In this document: positions 36,829-40,310 of the stretch, one piece after another
How positions within the stretch are numbered: the stretch's first letter is position 1
Layout of the letters: each line of letters opens with the position of its first letter
Origin: Deinococcales bacterium
GTDB taxonomy: Bacteria > Deinococcota > Deinococci > Deinococcales > JAAFIG01
Direction: 5' to 3'
DNA: 40,310 nucleotides
Assembly: GCA_031414595.1 (NCBI GenBank)
Contig: JANNVX010000007.1
Location: 1 to 40,310 of the forward strand
Translations under genes and position numbers: made by a program
The notes under the pieces: model-generated
Database searches by the model: none
The model's input: the letters and a program-made list of their open reading frames with translations, nothing else
Told to the model about the DNA's origin: nothing

Positions 36829-37521
36829 ATGAGTACACTACACACCATGCCAATCGTTCTGGTTGTCGAAGATGAAACTGAAATTGCCGATGTTTTAGAA
36901 GCCTATTTGCGTAAAGAAGGTTTTCGCACTGAACGGGCTGCCGATGGTGACAGGGCGCTCGAGTTGCATCGTTTGGTTAAACCCGATTTGATTCTGCTCG
37001 ATGTGATGCTGCCCAAAAAAGATGGTCTCGAGGTGCTGCGAAAAGTGCGGGCAGATGGCAACACCCCTGTTATTTTACTGACCGCTCGAGCCGAGGACAT
37101 TGATAAACTGATTGGTTTGGAACTCGGCGCAGATGATTATGTGATTAAGCCGTTCAGTCCGCGTGAAGTGGTGGCGCGGGTCAAAGCGGTCTTGCGTCGG
37201 GCGCGTCCAGAAGAAAAATTAGATGTGCTGCGGGTGGGCTACTTGGAACTCGATGTGCGGGCAGTGGCGGTCAAAGCCAGTGGCTCAAGGTTGGATTTAA
37301 CCCTGACCGAATTTAGGTTGCTCGAGGCGTTAATGCGGGCAGTGGGTCGGGCGTTTACCCGTGCAGAATTACTCGAGGTCGCACTGCCAGATTCAGATGC
37401 CTTAGAGCGAGTGGTGGATGCACACCTAAAAAATTTACGCCATAAATTAGCCGACGCGGGTGTGGGCGATATGCTCGAGACGGTGCGTGGGATTGGTTAT
37501 CGCTTGCGGTTTGAGACGTGA
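36829..37521 (+). CDS. OmpR/BaeR-family response regulator
   Basis: VVEDE, LLDVMLP, GADDYVIKPFSPREV, wHTH ending TVRGIGYRL. Confidence 0.96.
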   Translation: MSTLHTMPIVLVVEDETEIADVLEAYLRKEGFRTERAADGDRALELHRLVKPDLILLDVMLPKKDGLEVLRKVRADGNTPVILLTARAEDIDKLIGLELGADDYVIKPFSPREVVARVKAVLRRARPEEKLDVLRVGYLELDVRAVAVKASGSRLDLTLTEFRLLEALMRAVGRAFTRAELLEVALPDSDALERVVDAHLKNLRHKLADAGVGDMLETVRGIGYRLRFET

Positions 37522-37522
37522 A

Positions 37523-38800
37523 ATGCCTGTTGCGGTGGACAGTATGAACAGCATCACAGCGCGGATTATTGGGGCGATGCTATTGGTCGCCCTTGCCACG
37601 ATAGGTATTCCGGCTGCTTTTACGCTTTTTAGTGCCGAGAATCAGTTCAAGCAACCCAATGAACGCAAACGTGAATTTTCTGATGTCTTTCGCAGTGTCG
37701 AAATTCTGTGTCGGGATAAACCACCAATCGGTTTGGTTTGTCCTGCACCCCGAGATGATTCACCAATAACAGCCAAAAATCCAAGTGGTGCTGAACCATT
37801 AAGTGCGATTCTTGCCCCACCCTTAAAACCCAGTGGTGGGCGTTCTCGAGAACAGAACCGCAATCCAATTTTTGCTTTTGTTGACCCGCGTCCGTGGGTG
37901 CAGCAAACCGTGCTTTTTGGGGTTGGGATTTCCTTGGTCATGGCGGTTGGTTTGGCATTGCTGTTATCTCGGCGAATCAGTCATCCGATTCAATTGGTCT
38001 CTTTAGCCGCCGCCAAAGTTGCCCAAGGCGATTTATCGGCTCGAGCCAAAGTGAGTGGGCAGGATGAACTGGGGCGCTTAGCCCAGAATTTTAATCAAAT
38101 GGCACTGGGTTTAGAACAACAAGCCGTAACCAGACAGAACCTATTTGCCGATATTGCCCATGAACTCCGCACCCCTTTAACTGCCATTAAAGCCCGTCTT
38201 GAAGCCCTTGAAGATGGGGTTATGCCGCTCGAGATGGAAGCCATTTTGCGACTTTCAAACCAAACCAAATTACTCGAGCGTCTGGTTGAAGACCTGCGCC
38301 TACTGTCTTTAGCCGATGCCAATGCCTTAACGTTAGAACGTCATCCAAGCGATTTAACCAACCTTGCCAAAGACACCTTAGAGCATTTTCAAGCCAAAGC
38401 CGAAACCAAGAATATCCGCCTTGAATTTCATGCCGCTTCACAACTGATTTTGCCGCTCGATGCCAGCCGAATCCAACAAGCCATTGGCAATCTGCTCGAG
38501 AATGCCTTAACCTATACCCCAAGCGGCGGCACAGTCAGTCTAACGGTGCAAAAACACCAAAACCTAGCCGAAATTTGTGTTGCCGATACTGGCACAGGAA
38601 TCCCGCCCGATGCCTTACCACGGATTTTTGAACGCTTGTACCGCGCCGATGCCTCGAGAAACCGAAGCACTGGCGGCAGTGGACTTGGTTTAGCCATCGT
38701 CAAAACAATTGTTGAATTACACCACGGAACGGTAGAAGCCTCTAATTCCCCCGAAACAGGAGCAGTCTTCACCCTCACTTTACCCCTCGAGTCAAAATGA
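37523..38800 (+). CDS. BaeS-like sensor histidine kinase (TM-HAMP-HisKA-HATPase)
   Basis: DELGRLA..FN.MA HAMP, IAHELRTPL H-box, NLLENA, DTGTGI, GSGLGL; start taken at ATG 37523 (37544 also possible). Confidence 0.94.
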   Translation: MPVAVDSMNSITARIIGAMLLVALATIGIPAAFTLFSAENQFKQPNERKREFSDVFRSVEILCRDKPPIGLVCPAPRDDSPITAKNPSGAEPLSAILAPPLKPSGGRSREQNRNPIFAFVDPRPWVQQTVLFGVGISLVMAVGLALLLSRRISHPIQLVSLAAAKVAQGDLSARAKVSGQDELGRLAQNFNQMALGLEQQAVTRQNLFADIAHELRTPLTAIKARLEALEDGVMPLEMEAILRLSNQTKLLERLVEDLRLLSLADANALTLERHPSDLTNLAKDTLEHFQAKAETKNIRLEFHAASQLILPLDASRIQQAIGNLLENALTYTPSGGTVSLTVQKHQNLAEICVADTGTGIPPDALPRIFERLYRADASRNRSTGGSGLGLAIVKTIVELHHGTVEASNSPETGAVFTLTLPLESK

Positions 38801-38881
38801 ACAATCTCTGCCCTTACCTTTTGCCTTTTTGGGTAGCTTTGGCAACCTCATTGCCCTTAATTCCAGCCTAAAATACGCCTC

Positions 38882-39991
38882 GTGACCTTTTGTTCTAGCC
38901 AACTTTTTTCTTTGCCAGTTGCCCCGAATCTCGAGTTGCGACATTTTGAATTGCATCACACAGAAATGCTGTTTGACCTGATTGATAAAAGCCGAACCCA
39001 TTTGCGGCGCTACCTTGGCTTTGTGGACTTAAGCACCTCAATAACCGCCGAAGATTTTATCCGTCGGTCTCGAGCCAAATTTGTTAAGGATGGCGCTGGC
39101 GATTTTGGTGTCTGGCAAGGAGAAAAACTGATTGGCGTGGTCAGTTTATTTGACTTTTCTTTGATTCATCGTAAAGCAGAAATTGGATACTGGATTGGGC
39201 AAGCCTTTGCTGGGCAGGGCATTATCACCAAAGCAGTCTCGAGTTTAGTGGATTACGCTTTTTCCGAACTGGGTTTGAACCGCATTCAACTCTGTTGTGC
39301 GACCGATAATCTTGCCAGCCGGCGGATAGCCGAAAAACTTGGTTTTCAGAAAGAAGGTTTGGCTCGAGAAGATAGGTTTTTACGAAGCACTAGGGTCACG
39401 CATGAGGTTTGGTCGTTACTGGCAGCCGATTGGAACACCAAAGCTGTACGTTTTTCAAAGTCACTTGGGAACGGTGCAGAACTGCGCTTGCTCGAGGCTA
39501 AACACGCCAAGGATGTTTTTGCAGTGGTGGACAGCAGCCGCGCTCATTTACGGCAGTTTTTACCGTGGGTGGATGGCAATACAACCCAGACCCATTCCGA
39601 AGAATTTATTCAAAGTACCTTAGCGCAATTTAAGGACTTTGACGGTTTAGTGGCTGGTATTTGGCAAGACAATCAATTGGCGGGTTTAATCGGGATGCAC
39701 TTTATCGATTGGGAACACAAAGACACCGAATTTGGCTACTGGCTTTCTAAAAGTCACACGGGGCAGGGTTTAGTGACCAAAGCCGCCAGTGCTTTACTGG
39801 ATTACATCTTTTTTGAACTTAATCTGCACCGTGTTTCTATAGCTCACGCACTCGAGAATACCGCTTCGCAAAAAGTAATCCAGCGCTTAGGATTTAAGCC
39901 CGAATCCACGGCTCGAGATGCCGAGTGGTTGTATACCCGCTTTCATGATTGGCAGAAATACGGTTTGCTAAAACGCGAATGGCAAGGCTAA
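38882..39991 (+). CDS. Tandem double RimJ/RimL-type GNAT acetyltransferase
   Basis: Two homologous halves, each with EIGYW/EFGYW...GQG and N.AS...LGF. Confidence 0.9.
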   Translation: MTFCSSQLFSLPVAPNLELRHFELHHTEMLFDLIDKSRTHLRRYLGFVDLSTSITAEDFIRRSRAKFVKDGAGDFGVWQGEKLIGVVSLFDFSLIHRKAEIGYWIGQAFAGQGIITKAVSSLVDYAFSELGLNRIQLCCATDNLASRRIAEKLGFQKEGLAREDRFLRSTRVTHEVWSLLAADWNTKAVRFSKSLGNGAELRLLEAKHAKDVFAVVDSSRAHLRQFLPWVDGNTTQTHSEEFIQSTLAQFKDFDGLVAGIWQDNQLAGLIGMHFIDWEHKDTEFGYWLSKSHTGQGLVTKAASALLDYIFFELNLHRVSIAHALENTASQKVIQRLGFKPESTARDAEWLYTRFHDWQKYGLLKREWQG

Positions 39992-40173
39992 TTCATCTCC
40001 AGCGCATGGCGTTTCAGGTCAGCTAAGGTCACAAACTCGAGGGCTTTGATGTTGGTGCTGCCCAGTCGCACAGGCGGTGCAACCCCAGCCTCGAGTGCCT
40101 CTTGCCAACGCAGGGCGCATAAGCACCAGCAATCGCCATGTTGCAAGCCAGCAAATTGATATTCTGGACGAGA
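39988..40173 (-). pseudogene. C-terminal half of a DUF2237-like gene with no start codon
   Basis: Translates SRPEYQFAGLQHGDCWCLCALRWQEALEAGVAPPVRLGSTNIKALEFVTLADLKRHALEMN*; the upstream in-frame sequence is unrelated and closed by a stop. Confidence 0.75.
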
Positions 40174-40175
40174 TA

Positions 40176-40310
40176 GGGCTAAAAGTGTGTTGACCCTCGA
40201 GTCCTGCCCAACGGAATCACTAATGCTTCAACCCAATCCTCAGATTTTCGACCAGTCAACCGTTCCCAAGGCGATTTTCCTCGTACCAAATGATGATTCC
40301 AACGCCAAAA
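40176..40310 (-). mobile_element. Probable right end of an insertion sequence (transposase-like C-terminus), truncated by the window edge
   Basis: Open frame FWRWNHHLVRGKSPWERLTGRKSEDWVEALVIPLGRTRGSTHF* (stop at 40179-40181) abuts the broken DUF2237-like gene. Confidence 0.5.

Noticed and set aside
1-40310. tRNA, rRNA, integrase or prophage genes
   Set aside because: None recognised by eye; a covariance-model scan would be needed to exclude small RNAs

Overview
Bacterial chromosomal window, most consistent with a relatively low-GC member of Deinococcota. This is an inference from gene content (ATP-cone 2-phosphoglycerate kinase, Uma2 endonuclease, MalT/BTAD regulator) and from many leaderless starts with TANNNT 5-7 nt before the start codon. 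The core DNA is saturated with the palindrome CTCGAG. Housekeeping genes include a COG0523 GTPase, a GAF/HD-GYP protein, acpS, recR, an M20 hydrolase, hisB, a 2-oxoacid dehydrogenase E1a/E1b/E2 cluster, mutM, a TolC-TolC-MFP-ABC (MacAB-like) operon, an OmpR/BaeS-like two-component system and a double GNAT. Three AT-rich, CTCGAG-poor accessory segments stand out. (1) 34.4-36.7 kb is the main finding: four tiny ORFs (17-21 aa) missed by the ORF track, each with its own RBS and a shared hydrophobic helix + C-x5-C loop, followed by a hairpin, an ABC-2 exporter and a terminator. This is a candidate multi-peptide leaderless bacteriocin or secreted-peptide system. (2) 0.1-3.2 kb holds two LuxR-type regulators, a (GCACA)11 repeat inside an upstream ORF, long perfect palindromes, and a secreted protein paired with a very AT-rich partner gene. 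(3) 21-24.5 kb holds a nucleotidyltransferase-like/HTH pair and a mosaic PA14 lipoprotein. The window ends with a DUF2237-like gene apparently broken by an insertion element. No database searches were run; family calls come from motif recognition.
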